IMG/VR virus record: IMGVR_UViG_3300042453_002354
Span: 1-64,000 of that record
Reading direction: 5' to 3' (one strand)
Length of the DNA stretch: 64,000 nt
Origin: a virus
Positions 1 to 8,970 of the stretch are shown one piece after another. Under the pieces are notes generated by a model, which worked only from the letters and a program-made list of their open reading frames with translations, searched no databases and was not told the origin of the DNA. A program made the position numbers and the translations under genes. Within the stretch, counting starts at the first letter, position 1. Every line of letters begins with the position of its first letter.

Positions 1-220
1 AAAGAAAATTTACTATATGAAATATCTGTGTATGATCTATGCCATAAGACATCGCCTTTGCGAATATTGATTTTGCGGTTTGTAGTACAATGGCCTGTCG
101 AGTAAAACTTCTGCTTGAATTGAAATTAGTTAATATGGGATCTGTGACCACGCTATGCGGCGAAACTTCTTCTCGATTTACCGAATTATAATAATCAAAA
201 AGAATTTTAGTAATATTCAT
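1..220 (-). CDS. hypothetical protein, partial (runs off window start)
   Basis: Not in ORF track. ATG at 220 gives MNITKILFDYYNSVNREEV..., open to the window edge, overlapping the stop of the upstream gene. Confidence 0.55.
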   Translation of the reverse strand, partial: MNITKILFDYYNSVNREEVSPHSVVTDPILTNFNSSRSFTRQAIVLQTAKSIFAKAMSYGIDHTQIFHIVNFL

Positions 221-428
221 CAACATCGAAGTCCGGATCTGTTTTACATTCCGATAGATATCTCCAATTAGGTCCAACGCAAGGATCTTCTTCTGGAAAG
301 AATGCCCCTTTAAAATCGGCACAACCACTAAAGAGAAAACAAACTACTATTATGCCGATTAAAAAGAATAAAAACTTTCTATTCAAATCTATGATTTTAA
401 TTATTCTATCTACATCGTCGTCGTTCAT
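207..428 (-). CDS. small putative lipoprotein
   Basis: Hydrophobic stretch ending in lipobox-like FSG-C. Confidence 0.55.
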   Translation of the reverse strand: MNDDDVDRIIKIIDLNRKFLFFLIGIIVVCFLFSGCADFKGAFFPEEDPCVGPNWRYLSECKTDPDFDVDEYY

Positions 429-640
429 ATTCTACCCTCCGGACACCATCCCTTTAAAAAATCAAAAATAGGTCTACCAACAAATTCACAATCGCTCATT
501 TTTACCCATTTGCCATGCTGATCGCCGTGCGGTTTAATCACCCTTAGCATTTTCAAGGATGATTTAACACGCAAAACTGAGTACAATTCACCCCTACATC
601 TAATTATATCACGAATTTTTATTTCCTCTGAGCCATTCAT
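425..640 (-). CDS. hypothetical protein
   Basis: ORF overlapping its neighbours in a co-directional operon. Confidence 0.5.
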   Translation of the reverse strand: MNGSEEIKIRDIIRCRGELYSVLRVKSSLKMLRVIKPHGDQHGKWVKMSDCEFVGRPIFDFLKGWCPEGRI

Positions 641-1634
641 TTGATATCACCTTAAAAGAGGTATAGTTACGTACATCACCAAAAGACTTAAACACAAGAC
701 CTTCTCTTGGTACATCTGCCAATTCAGATCTGCCATCTGCCCAGTTTATTAAAATGTCCAGAGACTCAAAATCTTCCAAACTTACATTACTAAACGTTGG
801 TACATGATGTAATCTTGCATCGAGTCCTATCAAACTTAAAAAGTCCATTCTCTCTTGAGAAGAAAGATATCTCTGGTTTCTTATATCAAATACATCAAAT
901 ATCTTGAGAGTAGGCTTTTTCAATTTATATGAATTCGATTGTATTCCTGGTCCTATTAATTCTCCCTGTAAGGCGACAGAGGTGTCTTTCAATCTGTGAT
1001 TAAGTTCCAATTCTTCAGCAACACAATCCCATGCACTTTCTTTACCTAGTTTCTTCTCAAAGTTTCTACTACAAGCACCAAATCTACCTTCATGATGAAA
1101 GAACGTTGCACTAGTACCATCTAATTTTTCACTCACCTCAAATTTCAAATCGTGTGGTAGTGACTGTAGATGAGAAAACATGTTTTGTATTCTTTCTTGA
1201 TCTGTTTTTCTTATGAAATGCGGAAACTCGTCAAGTATATCCGCATTTATGAATTTCAATTCTGGTTCGTACTTTGTTATTCCTAATTGTTCTGTGACAT
1301 CAGCACCTTCTGCCGTTGATACATCCACAAATCCTTGAAGCGGAAATACCAAACCTTGTGATATTTGATTTCTAATAGTAATCGTTTTTACTCTATCACC
1401 ACCAGGCCCTCTCAATTTACCCTTTGATGTCTTTTCATCCCACAAATTTGCACGTTTCAGTAGATCAACTGGAACGACAGAATCAATCTCCAAATAAACA
1501 ACTCTATCACCAACATTAAATTGATCTTTTCTAACTACACACGACCATCCATCGACCCTAGCTACGACTATATTATCGGCATCAGGAATCGAATTGATGT
1601 CTGCTATTTTTCTAACAGAAGCTAATTTTCTCAT
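609..1634 (-). CDS. ATP-dependent RNA ligase (DRB0094/Rnl2-like) with N-terminal OB-type domain
   Basis: Motifs EKLDGT (I), QGELIG (III), FDV (IIIa), REGLVFK (IV), FKVISN (V); N-terminus MRKLASVRKI...ADNI typical of this family. Confidence 0.9.
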   Translation of the reverse strand: MRKLASVRKIADINSIPDADNIVVARVDGWSCVVRKDQFNVGDRVVYLEIDSVVPVDLLKRANLWDEKTSKGKLRGPGGDRVKTITIRNQISQGLVFPLQGFVDVSTAEGADVTEQLGITKYEPELKFINADILDEFPHFIRKTDQERIQNMFSHLQSLPHDLKFEVSEKLDGTSATFFHHEGRFGACSRNFEKKLGKESAWDCVAEELELNHRLKDTSVALQGELIGPGIQSNSYKLKKPTLKIFDVFDIRNQRYLSSQERMDFLSLIGLDARLHHVPTFSNVSLEDFESLDILINWADGRSELADVPREGLVFKSFGDVRNYTSFKVISNEWLRGNKNS

Positions 1635-1642
1635 TATATGCC

Positions 1643-1954
1643 TTACAGAAATATTTCCACAAATGTTGAGCCTAGTTGATATTTTAGCACACCATCATTT
1701 TCTAGTAAAGCGGGTTTCAGTGCCAAATCATAATCTTTTGTCAATAAATTTAAAATAGTTTCTACAGTCGATGAGTCTTTAAGGAAAAATCCCACAGTCA
1801 CACTAGGAGAACCATCAAAATAAAGAGTCAATCTAAAATCTCCAGGTTTGGTCGAGCAAGTTATTCCATTTACCTTAGCTTGTCTCCAAGAAATGGATAA
1901 TGGATCATTTTTATCTCTTGTCACAACGTTCAACAATACATTTTCAGCACTCAT
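1643..1954 (-). CDS. hypothetical protein
   Basis: ORF with AAAGGA SD. Confidence 0.65.
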   Translation of the reverse strand: MSAENVLLNVVTRDKNDPLSISWRQAKVNGITCSTKPGDFRLTLYFDGSPSVTVGFFLKDSSTVETILNLLTKDYDLALKPALLENDGVLKYQLGSTFVEIFL

Positions 1955-1972
1955 TTACATCCTTTGTTAAGT

Positions 1973-2170
1973 TTAATCAGTTTTCTTTTTATAGTCCGTT
2001 TCATAAAAGCCTTTACCCTTAAATTGGGGTTTGCTAGGTAATGGAAACACTCGTACTAGAGTATCCGTAGCCATACAATCGGCACAATAAGTTGGTTTAT
2101 CTTCCTCACTAAATTCTACATTCTCAAATGTATGATCGCATCTTTGACATTTATATTCAACTATGGGCAT
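1973..2170 (-). CDS. FmdB-family zinc-ribbon protein
   Basis: MPIVEYKCQRCDHTFE...CADC...FKGKGFYETDY; start reassigned to 2170 (AGGAG SD). Confidence 0.85.
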   Translation of the reverse strand: MPIVEYKCQRCDHTFENVEFSEEDKPTYCADCMATDTLVRVFPLPSKPQFKGKGFYETDYKKKTD

Positions 2171-2181
2171 ATGTTCTTCTC

Positions 2182-2901
2182 CTATCTTGATACAACCCAT
2201 TTACTGTTTACATCATTAAAATCTCTTCTCATCTTCACAACAACAGGTTGATTTAACAATTCATAGTGTTCATCTAATACCGATGCATTTACAAACTTTA
2301 CACCAAATTTTTTCTTAGTCTGTAAGTCATACTGTTTAGTGTGTATGTGACCAAAAACATGCAATTTCAGATTGTCTAACTTTTTAACTGCATTCAAAAG
2401 TTCTACATCACCACACGCTTCGCCATTTAAATTCTTATCTAAGATGTTAAAACAGGGACCGTGAGTAATTAATACATCGGTGTTTGTTGGTATCTGATCC
2501 CAATATGCAAAAAGTTTACCTCTTGGTATGTTAAATGCCCAATCAAAAAAATATGGTGTGTATGGCGAACCAAACACGTTCAAGTCATACGATGAAATAT
2601 AATGAGATTGATGATGCAGATATGTAATATTGGGAAACTTTTTTAAAATTTGATAACAACTGGTGGCATTATAATGAAACTTCTCAAAACACCAATCGTG
2701 ATTCCCTGCTATGAATATTTTATGCTGGTGTTCAAATTTATCGAACCAAGACAAAAAAGAATAAAGACTATTAATCTCGCCAACGTTGGTGATGTCGCCA
2801 GAATGTATAAGAATATCACCAGTTGGCACTGTCTTTAATTGTGTGTGCTTAGTGTGAGTATCACTAATGCATACTATTTTTATTTCAGTATACTTTTTCA
2901 T
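2182..2901 (-). CDS. calcineurin-like metallophosphoesterase
   Basis: SDTH, HSGD, GNHD, THGP, GHIH motifs. Confidence 0.9.
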   Translation of the reverse strand: MKKYTEIKIVCISDTHTKHTQLKTVPTGDILIHSGDITNVGEINSLYSFLSWFDKFEHQHKIFIAGNHDWCFEKFHYNATSCYQILKKFPNITYLHHQSHYISSYDLNVFGSPYTPYFFDWAFNIPRGKLFAYWDQIPTNTDVLITHGPCFNILDKNLNGEACGDVELLNAVKKLDNLKLHVFGHIHTKQYDLQTKKKFGVKFVNASVLDEHYELLNQPVVVKMRRDFNDVNSKWVVSR

Positions 2902-2919
2902 TTCAATTCCTCTACTATA

Positions 2920-2948
2920 ACTATAATTATAGTATCACGAGTGATCAA
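2920..2948 (-). promoter_or_regulatory. sigma70-like early promoter
   Basis: TTGATC-17 nt-TATAGT upstream of the phosphoesterase SD. Confidence 0.5.
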
Positions 2949-2957
2949 CAAAAACAA

Positions 2958-3212
2958 CTAAAATTCTAATTTTTCAAAATATTTGGCCCTGAGCCATTCG
3001 GCAGTTTCTTTTACTAGAGATTTCAAGTCATTGCAAATTATTTGATGAACAGAACCATCTTTTTGTTCTACTAATGCATCCCACTTTGTCGTATTGGATT
3101 CGGTAAAGTTGCCAATTCTAACTTTGCATTTTAAACTACTCGTAAATGCATGTAAACTATTGAGATCGTATAAGTATTCTGATTTGTTTATTATTGTGGT
3201 ATTTGATGCCAT
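2958..3212 (-). CDS. hypothetical protein
   Basis: ORF track; tightly packed operon. Confidence 0.65.
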   Translation of the reverse strand: MASNTTIINKSEYLYDLNSLHAFTSSLKCKVRIGNFTESNTTKWDALVEQKDGSVHQIICNDLKSLVKETAEWLRAKYFEKLEF

Positions 3213-3213
3213 A

Positions 3214-3504
3214 TCAATCCATTGTTATTACAATTTCTACAATTTCAAATATGTTTCTGATAATTTTTATTTCACCATTTTCATTTTGCCATTTTCTATC
3301 GAGTGGCGGAATTATATTATATCCCGCCAGATCTTCTATGCTGTGAAAATGAGAACTTCTATCACATATTTTTTCTGCTAAGGAATGATTTTCAGTAACA
3401 AAGTATATCGGATTGTCTTCATCAATTTCTAATTCTATACAATCGTTTTTGCCAGGTCTAATTTTTAGATATTGATTGTTCTCCTTCTTCCTAATCAAAT
3501 ACAT
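3214..3504 (-). CDS. hypothetical protein
   Basis: ORF track; TAGGA SD. Confidence 0.65.
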   Translation of the reverse strand: MYLIRKKENNQYLKIRPGKNDCIELEIDEDNPIYFVTENHSLAEKICDRSSHFHSIEDLAGYNIIPPLDRKWQNENGEIKIIRNIFEIVEIVITMD

Positions 3505-3512
3505 ATTTGTTC

Positions 3513-3830
3513 CTAATCATGAAACAGTTTCCAAGCAAATTTATACCAGAGATTTTTAATCTTACCAAAATTCATCAATTGATCTTCTATAAGTATTTTC
3601 TTCATTTGATATGTGGACATTTCATTGTCATTATAATCATCACTTATACGCTTTCTGTATATTAAATTCCAATTACTAGTACTATGATTCTCGCACTCTT
3701 CTTGTGCATATTTTTCTACGGTTAGAAGTCCATGTCTATACTGTATTATAAACATGTCGTTCAACTGATTTTTTGCACACCACTGCGTTAAATCAAAATG
3801 ACTATGCACCTTTACTATGTTGGTCAACAT
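3513..3830 (-). CDS. hypothetical protein
   Basis: ORF track. Confidence 0.6.
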   Translation of the reverse strand: MLTNIVKVHSHFDLTQWCAKNQLNDMFIIQYRHGLLTVEKYAQEECENHSTSNWNLIYRKRISDDYNDNEMSTYQMKKILIEDQLMNFGKIKNLWYKFAWKLFHD

Positions 3831-4071
3831 TTATGAAATACTCCAATTTATATAAAACGTCTCTGATGTTATCGCTTTCCGAAAAGAAACAAACTCCATC
3901 AACACCATTCTTATTTCGATAATAGACCTTTATTTTCCATTCATCGGGTGTACTTGTTTTTGCTTTCGGATTGGTTACGGAAGATACTGCGATATTCGAT
4001 TCTGGAAATCTTTGCACTAAAAATTGTGCGATGTTTTCACACAACGAATGCAATTCATAATTAGCTGTCAT
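3802..4071 (-). CDS. hypothetical protein
   Basis: Start MTANY at 4071 behind GAGGAG SD. Confidence 0.65.
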   Translation of the reverse strand: MTANYELHSLCENIAQFLVQRFPESNIAVSSVTNPKAKTSTPDEWKIKVYYRNKNGVDGVCFFSESDNIRDVLYKLEYFINVDQHSKGA

Positions 4072-4198
4072 ATTATTCTCCTCTTTCATTACCACTAAAA
4101 GTCAGTGACAAACTTACAAAACGGTATCACAAACTGACTCAGAAAAATTAGTGATACCGTAAACCAAAACAGACATTGTATCATACAATCTAATATAC

Positions 4199-4227
4199 AT
4201 TCTATAATACTTCTCACGACCAGTCAA
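4199..4227 (-). promoter_or_regulatory. sigma70-like early promoter
   Basis: TTGACT-17 nt-TAGAAT. Confidence 0.65.
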
Positions 4228-4244
4228 CTCAAAAATTACAACAA

Positions 4245-4568
4245 TCAATCAAACGAACTTTTTATATCTATTTTCTTCACATGTTCCAAATTCTCCTTTT
4301 CTCTAAATTTTACGACAAGCAATCCATCTTTTAGTACAGCCGATTCTACCTCAGCTTCAACCACAGATGATATTTTATAAGTATACTTAAAAGGGCTAAC
4401 AAATTCATTAGATTTGTCCGAAGAAATGCTTAAAATTCTAGTTAGTTCATTATATTCTATATTTACATCTTCAGTTGAATGCCCTGCTAAGTTCAAATTA
4501 ACGGTATAGTTTTTTGGTGAATGTCCTATGAAAGATGATCCTCCCAAAAGTTCCGAAAGAATTGACAT
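4245..4568 (-). CDS. small heat-shock protein (Hsp20/alpha-crystallin)
   Basis: LAGHSTEDVNI...AVLKDGLLVV...VKKIDIK signature; start 4568 with TAGGAG SD. Confidence 0.8.
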   Translation of the reverse strand: MSILSELLGGSSFIGHSPKNYTVNLNLAGHSTEDVNIEYNELTRILSISSDKSNEFVSPFKYTYKISSVVEAEVESAVLKDGLLVVKFREKENLEHVKKIDIKSSFD

Positions 4569-4624
4569 AGTTTTTCTCCTATTAAAAAACAAATGTTATA
4601 CACAATCTCTTTCTAAACATCAGA

Positions 4625-4882
4625 TCAAGATTCTTCAAGATGCTTTCTCAAAATTTTTTCCCATTGGTCTGCGTCCATTCGCATACCTAATCTATTTTCT
4701 AATCTGGCCTCACGAATTTCATCCGTAATTAATTCTCTAGTATTGGCGTTGAGATTATTCCAATTTCTTAATATATCTTCAACAACGATACTAACAATAT
4801 AAGTTTTTCTGCCCAATGCATATCTAAATGCAGAAAGTAGAGAATTGCAAGTCACAACACACTCAGCTTCGTCTTTATGCAC
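4625..4882 (-). CDS. hypothetical phage protein
   Basis: ORF; AFRYALGRKTYI motif resembling small phage proteins. Confidence 0.7.
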   Translation of the reverse strand: MHKDEAECVVTCNSLLSAFRYALGRKTYIVSIVVEDILRNWNNLNANTRELITDEIREARLENRLGMRMDADQWEKILRKHLEES

Positions 4883-5171
4883 TTTTCTCTCCGATTAGTT
4901 TATCAACCTGTCTTTGTATTAACTGTACGTCACCATCTTGTCTTATTACACGCTCCGTCATCTCTGGTGATACATAAATGCTTATTTCATTCTTCTTATA
5001 TCTATAGTGTATCACAGGCGGACCAACAAGTCTAACACTAACTATTAGTCCATCCTTTTCCATATACAAGGAATGATCTTTGATATCAAAGTTCCAACCT
5101 CTAAGTTTTCTAAAAATCAAATATACATCGCCCCTATTTGTGGCTAGATATTTGGATAAACTTAAACTCAT
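4875..5171 (-). CDS. hypothetical protein
   Basis: ORF overlapping neighbours by 4-8 nt. Confidence 0.65.
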   Translation of the reverse strand: MSLSLSKYLATNRGDVYLIFRKLRGWNFDIKDHSLYMEKDGLIVSVRLVGPPVIHYRYKKNEISIYVSPEMTERVIRQDGDVQLIQRQVDKLIGEKSA

Positions 5172-5692
5172 TCCGCATTCTCCGCTTTTGTGTTTTTATT
5201 TCTTATCTTTGATATTTCTTTCCATATGTTTTTTTGTCTGGCAATTTCGGCGGACCAGTATTCGACTCCATTTGCAATTTGAGTTTCTATTGGATCGGTT
5301 ATTGGTCCATAAATGTGAACGCCCCATCCACCAAATTGATCGAACGAAGGTCTTTTAAATTTTGCACTAGCATCATCTTGCTCTTGCTTTCTTGTCGTCT
5401 GTAATCGATCTGCAACGCAAGCCGTAACCCATTCTTCTAATGATTCTCTGTCGTCAAAGTATAACATATCACTGTCCACATCGACATACACCTTTGACAT
5501 TTCTAGAAAAACGGGGACTGGTATTTTTAAACGAACCTTCTGAGTCTCGATATCAAGAGACAAAAGATTTTCTATGTTAGTTTCTAAGTAAAGATTATTG
5601 TCGTCGAAAAATTCTCGGTAAAAGTGAAAATCTAAATGTTTCTCCGACTCATCTTCCTTTGGATAATGTTTAAGTGTTATTTTAGTACTCAT
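5168..5692 (-). CDS. hypothetical protein
   Basis: 174-aa ORF. Confidence 0.7.
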   Translation of the reverse strand: MSTKITLKHYPKEDESEKHLDFHFYREFFDDNNLYLETNIENLLSLDIETQKVRLKIPVPVFLEMSKVYVDVDSDMLYFDDRESLEEWVTACVADRLQTTRKQEQDDASAKFKRPSFDQFGGWGVHIYGPITDPIETQIANGVEYWSAEIARQKNIWKEISKIRNKNTKAENAE

Positions 5693-5754
5693 ATATGCTA
5701 AAAAACTCTCAATAAATACTCATATAGAAAACATTATATATCATTCTAATTAAA

Positions 5755-6096
5755 ATGACAATAAAAAATAGACTATTAAAATTAATATCAGAAGATAAAA
5801 ATAAATTGTCCAAACTTCTCTTTGAGAAGGGATTTAATAGAAGCACATCTAATGATATTGAAAATATGAAATTGTTTGCTAGAAAGCAAGATGGATATCA
5901 TTCTATCATAATTTTTCAAAAAAGTGAACCGAATTTAAAGGAATTTGATCAAGTATTTTTTTGTTTATATAATCACAAAATTGGAGAAAAAATAGGCTCT
6001 TGGAACTCGGATACGGGTAAAAGTTCCGATCCAGAAGCTGCTATAATTTGCGAATGGCTGATGCCATTACCAAATACATTTAAGGTTAGAGATTAA
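5755..6096 (+). CDS. hypothetical protein, possibly late-expressed
   Basis: Isolated plus-strand ORF preceded by AATAAATA (~5712). Confidence 0.6.
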   Translation: MTIKNRLLKLISEDKNKLSKLLFEKGFNRSTSNDIENMKLFARKQDGYHSIIIFQKSEPNLKEFDQVFFCLYNHKIGEKIGSWNSDTGKSSDPEAAIICEWLMPLPNTFKVRD

Positions 6097-6404
6097 TTAT
6101 TTAAAACTGTAGGAATCATAGATCCGGAAACATACTGTGCATCATTACATAGCACTGTTATTGATTTTTTAATTTGATCGAGGCAACGGAAAAAGTTTTC
6201 GTGATCGTTCTTTTGTGACCAACGTTCTAGCTCAGATAATAATCGCTTTTGATTATTAACAATATTTTCATAGAGATGAAGTCTTTCTGAAAGTCCGTTC
6301 TGACCTTCAAGTTCAGAAATAATTTTACAGTCAAAGATTGCAGATTCTAAATCTTGCAAATTACTTTTTAGGTTGTTCAAAACCTCTGTCAACTGTTGTT
6401 TCAT
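6093..6404 (-). CDS. hypothetical coiled-coil protein
   Basis: ORF with GAGGT SD. Confidence 0.65.
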   Translation of the reverse strand: MKQQLTEVLNNLKSNLQDLESAIFDCKIISELEGQNGLSERLHLYENIVNNQKRLLSELERWSQKNDHENFFRCLDQIKKSITVLCNDAQYVSGSMIPTVLNN

Positions 6405-6525
6405 TCAAAGCACCTCTTTTTATTAAATCTTCTGAAAATATAGAAAATAACACTATAATTGTCAATACAAATAAAACAGCAACTACATCAACCAAAAAAA
6501 CTTTGGTATCACTCGATAATTTCAT
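6361..6525 (-). CDS. small membrane protein (54 aa)
   Basis: Not in track. MKLSSDTKVFLVDVVAVLFVLTIIVLFSIFSED... has one TM helix. Confidence 0.45.
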   Translation of the reverse strand: MKLSSDTKVFLVDVVAVLFVLTIIVLFSIFSEDLIKRGALNETTVDRGFEQPKK

Positions 6526-6606
6526 TTCACAGCCTAATTTTAGAAGACTCGACTATTTCTTAGCTTTATAGTGCCACTATGACACTGTAGTATATATTTA
6601 TCACTA

Positions 6607-7149
6607 TTAATTTTTGACATTTTGTTCAGATTCTTTTAGAGCCTTCTCAAACTCTTTCTTACCCTTCTTTGTGCTCAAAAACTGATGCAATTCTTCAGGT
6701 GAAGCAAATTTGTGCTTGGTCTGTAGTTTGCTAAGTGCAACATCTTCATTGTGTCTTGAAATTGCATCTTCAAACGATTTCTTGGACTCTTTGACCGACT
6801 TCTTTAATTGTTTTAGTGTCTTTTTCTCTATCTTTGGAATGACAGGGCCGTTTTCTTTGATTTTGATATCTTCATATGGAGCAATTTGCATACGATATAT
6901 CTCTAGTTTGGCACACTCAAGTGCACCCATTATTTCATTCCAATCGGAATAACCAACACCATAAAAATCTACATGTTCTTTAGCAAATTCAATATAACCA
7001 AGTATGAGTTTGGTAATAGTATAATTTAATCTACCGGCCAGTAATCCATCACCCGTCTCGCCAAAATGAACTATATCTACCAATTTTTCTATTAATTCGT
7101 CTATATACGTATCTAAAAGTCTTCTTTCTTCGATTTTAATGTACGGCAT
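6607..7149 (-). CDS. conserved phage protein (DUF6899-like) with charged C-terminal extension
   Basis: MPYIK...GRLNYTITKL...GALECAKLEIYR...APYEDIKIKENG motif. Confidence 0.65.
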   Translation of the reverse strand: MPYIKIEERRLLDTYIDELIEKLVDIVHFGETGDGLLAGRLNYTITKLILGYIEFAKEHVDFYGVGYSDWNEIMGALECAKLEIYRMQIAPYEDIKIKENGPVIPKIEKKTLKQLKKSVKESKKSFEDAISRHNEDVALSKLQTKHKFASPEELHQFLSTKKGKKEFEKALKESEQNVKN

Positions 7150-7150
7150 T

Positions 7151-7540
7151 CTATTGTTCTCCTTTCAGCATATTGGCAAGTTCGCCGTTTTCCACCTGTT
7201 CCCAATCTACATAATAAATTGGCAACCCAAGACCTTGTGCATATTTAATTTCTTCTCTTACGCCTACTGATTTTTCCCAACCTTCTAATTTGAGTACTAT
7301 CACACTATCAGATCTTTCGACAAATGCTTTATCAAAGTGTTCCCAAAATGAAAAAATATGCGGTAGTTCATAATCTTCCCAAGGTGCATTATATGATATG
7401 GGAGAAAAAACAAAAACGTTTTGCTTTAAGAGTTCAACCGCAACATCGGTAACTTTTTTGAATCTTTCTTTCATTACAGCTTTATCGGCGTGTGTGTATG
7501 GACACGCTAAGTAATGCAGTTTATACGTGACTTTATTCAT
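7151..7540 (-). CDS. DUF1937 / nucleoside deoxyribosyltransferase-like protein
   Basis: YLACPYTH, VFSPI, LEGWEKSVGVREEIKYA. Confidence 0.75.
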   Translation of the reverse strand: MNKVTYKLHYLACPYTHADKAVMKERFKKVTDVAVELLKQNVFVFSPISYNAPWEDYELPHIFSFWEHFDKAFVERSDSVIVLKLEGWEKSVGVREEIKYAQGLGLPIYYVDWEQVENGELANMLKGEQ

Positions 7541-7576
7541 ATATTCAACCCTCTCTTCTTTGTAGAGCGTATGTTG

Positions 7577-7605
7577 AATATAACACGATCACAATGTCGT
7601 GTCAA
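7577..7605 (-). promoter_or_regulatory. sigma70-like early promoter
   Basis: TTGACA-17 nt-TATATT. Confidence 0.7.
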
Positions 7606-7611
7606 TTATAA

Positions 7612-8967
7612 TTAAACAGTGTCCTTGTATCGCTCAAATGGATCTTCGTGTTCAATTTTTTGCCAGAATCCATCTCTTGCCACTTCAAGATCTATCGTGT
7701 ATGCTGTGAATGATATGTGGTGCTTTAATGATGTTATTAAATAATTGCCATAATAATATCTATTATACTTTTCGGGTCTGTTCGAGTCAACGTCTCCGGC
7801 CTCTTCAGGAAGCTCTATTTTGATGACCTCACCAACATTTCGCCTAGGATCGCCTGGTATACTCATAGCGAATCTCGTGTAAAACATTTGAGCCAATTTG
7901 GCAGTTCTACTCAGCGCATATGATTCCAAATTTAATGAATGTTCTTCTGGATTATAGGATTCTATTCCCAAATTTGTGCTTATTAATTTTCTATGTGCCA
8001 TCACAGAATCGGCAAGATGACTATTTTCCGATATAACCCTTTCTGGTTCCAGTTTGTTGAAACTATCCCAATCACGATTTATTTTGAAATCGTATTTGTT
8101 AAATTTTCTTAAAACCGAATCGACCGTTATCAATTCTTGACCATAAAATCCCATATCAAGGAATCTCATCGTGTCGTACCAACCTACCCAGTCTATAAAC
8201 TCAATTCGTTTAATATCCTTTTCAACTTCTTTACTATAGTTTTCAGGATTTCTCATATTAGCAATTCTTCTGACATACGTTTCAGTATGTTCCTGCAATA
8301 ATAGAGAATCCAAACTAACATATCTAAAATCTGTTTTAGTTTCAAAAAATAGATAAGGTGGCATATGACCTTTGCCATTCGTTGAACCGCTTGGTATTGA
8401 TCTGGCCGCAAAAAGGTTTATCAATTCATATGGACTTTTATTACCGATACAAAAGTTATGCTCGCCTGATGTTTCTTCTACTATTAGTTTCTTTCTAGAT
8501 TGCTCTGGTTTTGTGGTATCGGTGATGTAGTTATTAAATACATCTTTGACCATATCAGAATATTTTACGTGCTTCCACCCCTTGAACACTTTATTTTTAT
8601 ATGCATTACAACTCTCTCTAGAAAGTAAGTGAAACGTGTATTGTTGTGCTTTAGTTTGAAGTATTGTTCTTCCTGTGACTTTGTAAACGTCAAATTCTAG
8701 TATGATAGGGTCAAGTTCTTCTGATGGTTTCTCAGGATTTCTCTTTGTAAATATCACACGCAAAACTTCTTCACCAATAAATGGAAAAAGAGTACACAGA
8801 TCCATAGTATCCGTCACACTCAATTCTCCTGTCATTGGTGTACCGAAAATGTCCTCATAGATCATTAAATTGCCACGCAATGCAGAGATATCATAATCTC
8901 GTCCGTTGTATGCAATTAGACGCATTTCTTTTAGTACGTAATCTTTTACGTTTACATTATTTTCCAT
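7612..8967 (-). CDS. baseplate hub protein (gp27/contractile-tail hub-like)
   Basis: IYEDIF..PMTGELSVTD..L...PFIGEE, YLFFET, IPGD...VGEVI, GNYLITSLKH; next to gp53/gp48. Confidence 0.7.
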   Translation of the reverse strand: MENNVNVKDYVLKEMRLIAYNGRDYDISALRGNLMIYEDIFGTPMTGELSVTDTMDLCTLFPFIGEEVLRVIFTKRNPEKPSEELDPIILEFDVYKVTGRTILQTKAQQYTFHLLSRESCNAYKNKVFKGWKHVKYSDMVKDVFNNYITDTTKPEQSRKKLIVEETSGEHNFCIGNKSPYELINLFAARSIPSGSTNGKGHMPPYLFFETKTDFRYVSLDSLLLQEHTETYVRRIANMRNPENYSKEVEKDIKRIEFIDWVGWYDTMRFLDMGFYGQELITVDSVLRKFNKYDFKINRDWDSFNKLEPERVISENSHLADSVMAHRKLISTNLGIESYNPEEHSLNLESYALSRTAKLAQMFYTRFAMSIPGDPRRNVGEVIKIELPEEAGDVDSNRPEKYNRYYYGNYLITSLKHHISFTAYTIDLEVARDGFWQKIEHEDPFERYKDTV

Positions 8968-8970
8968 AAT

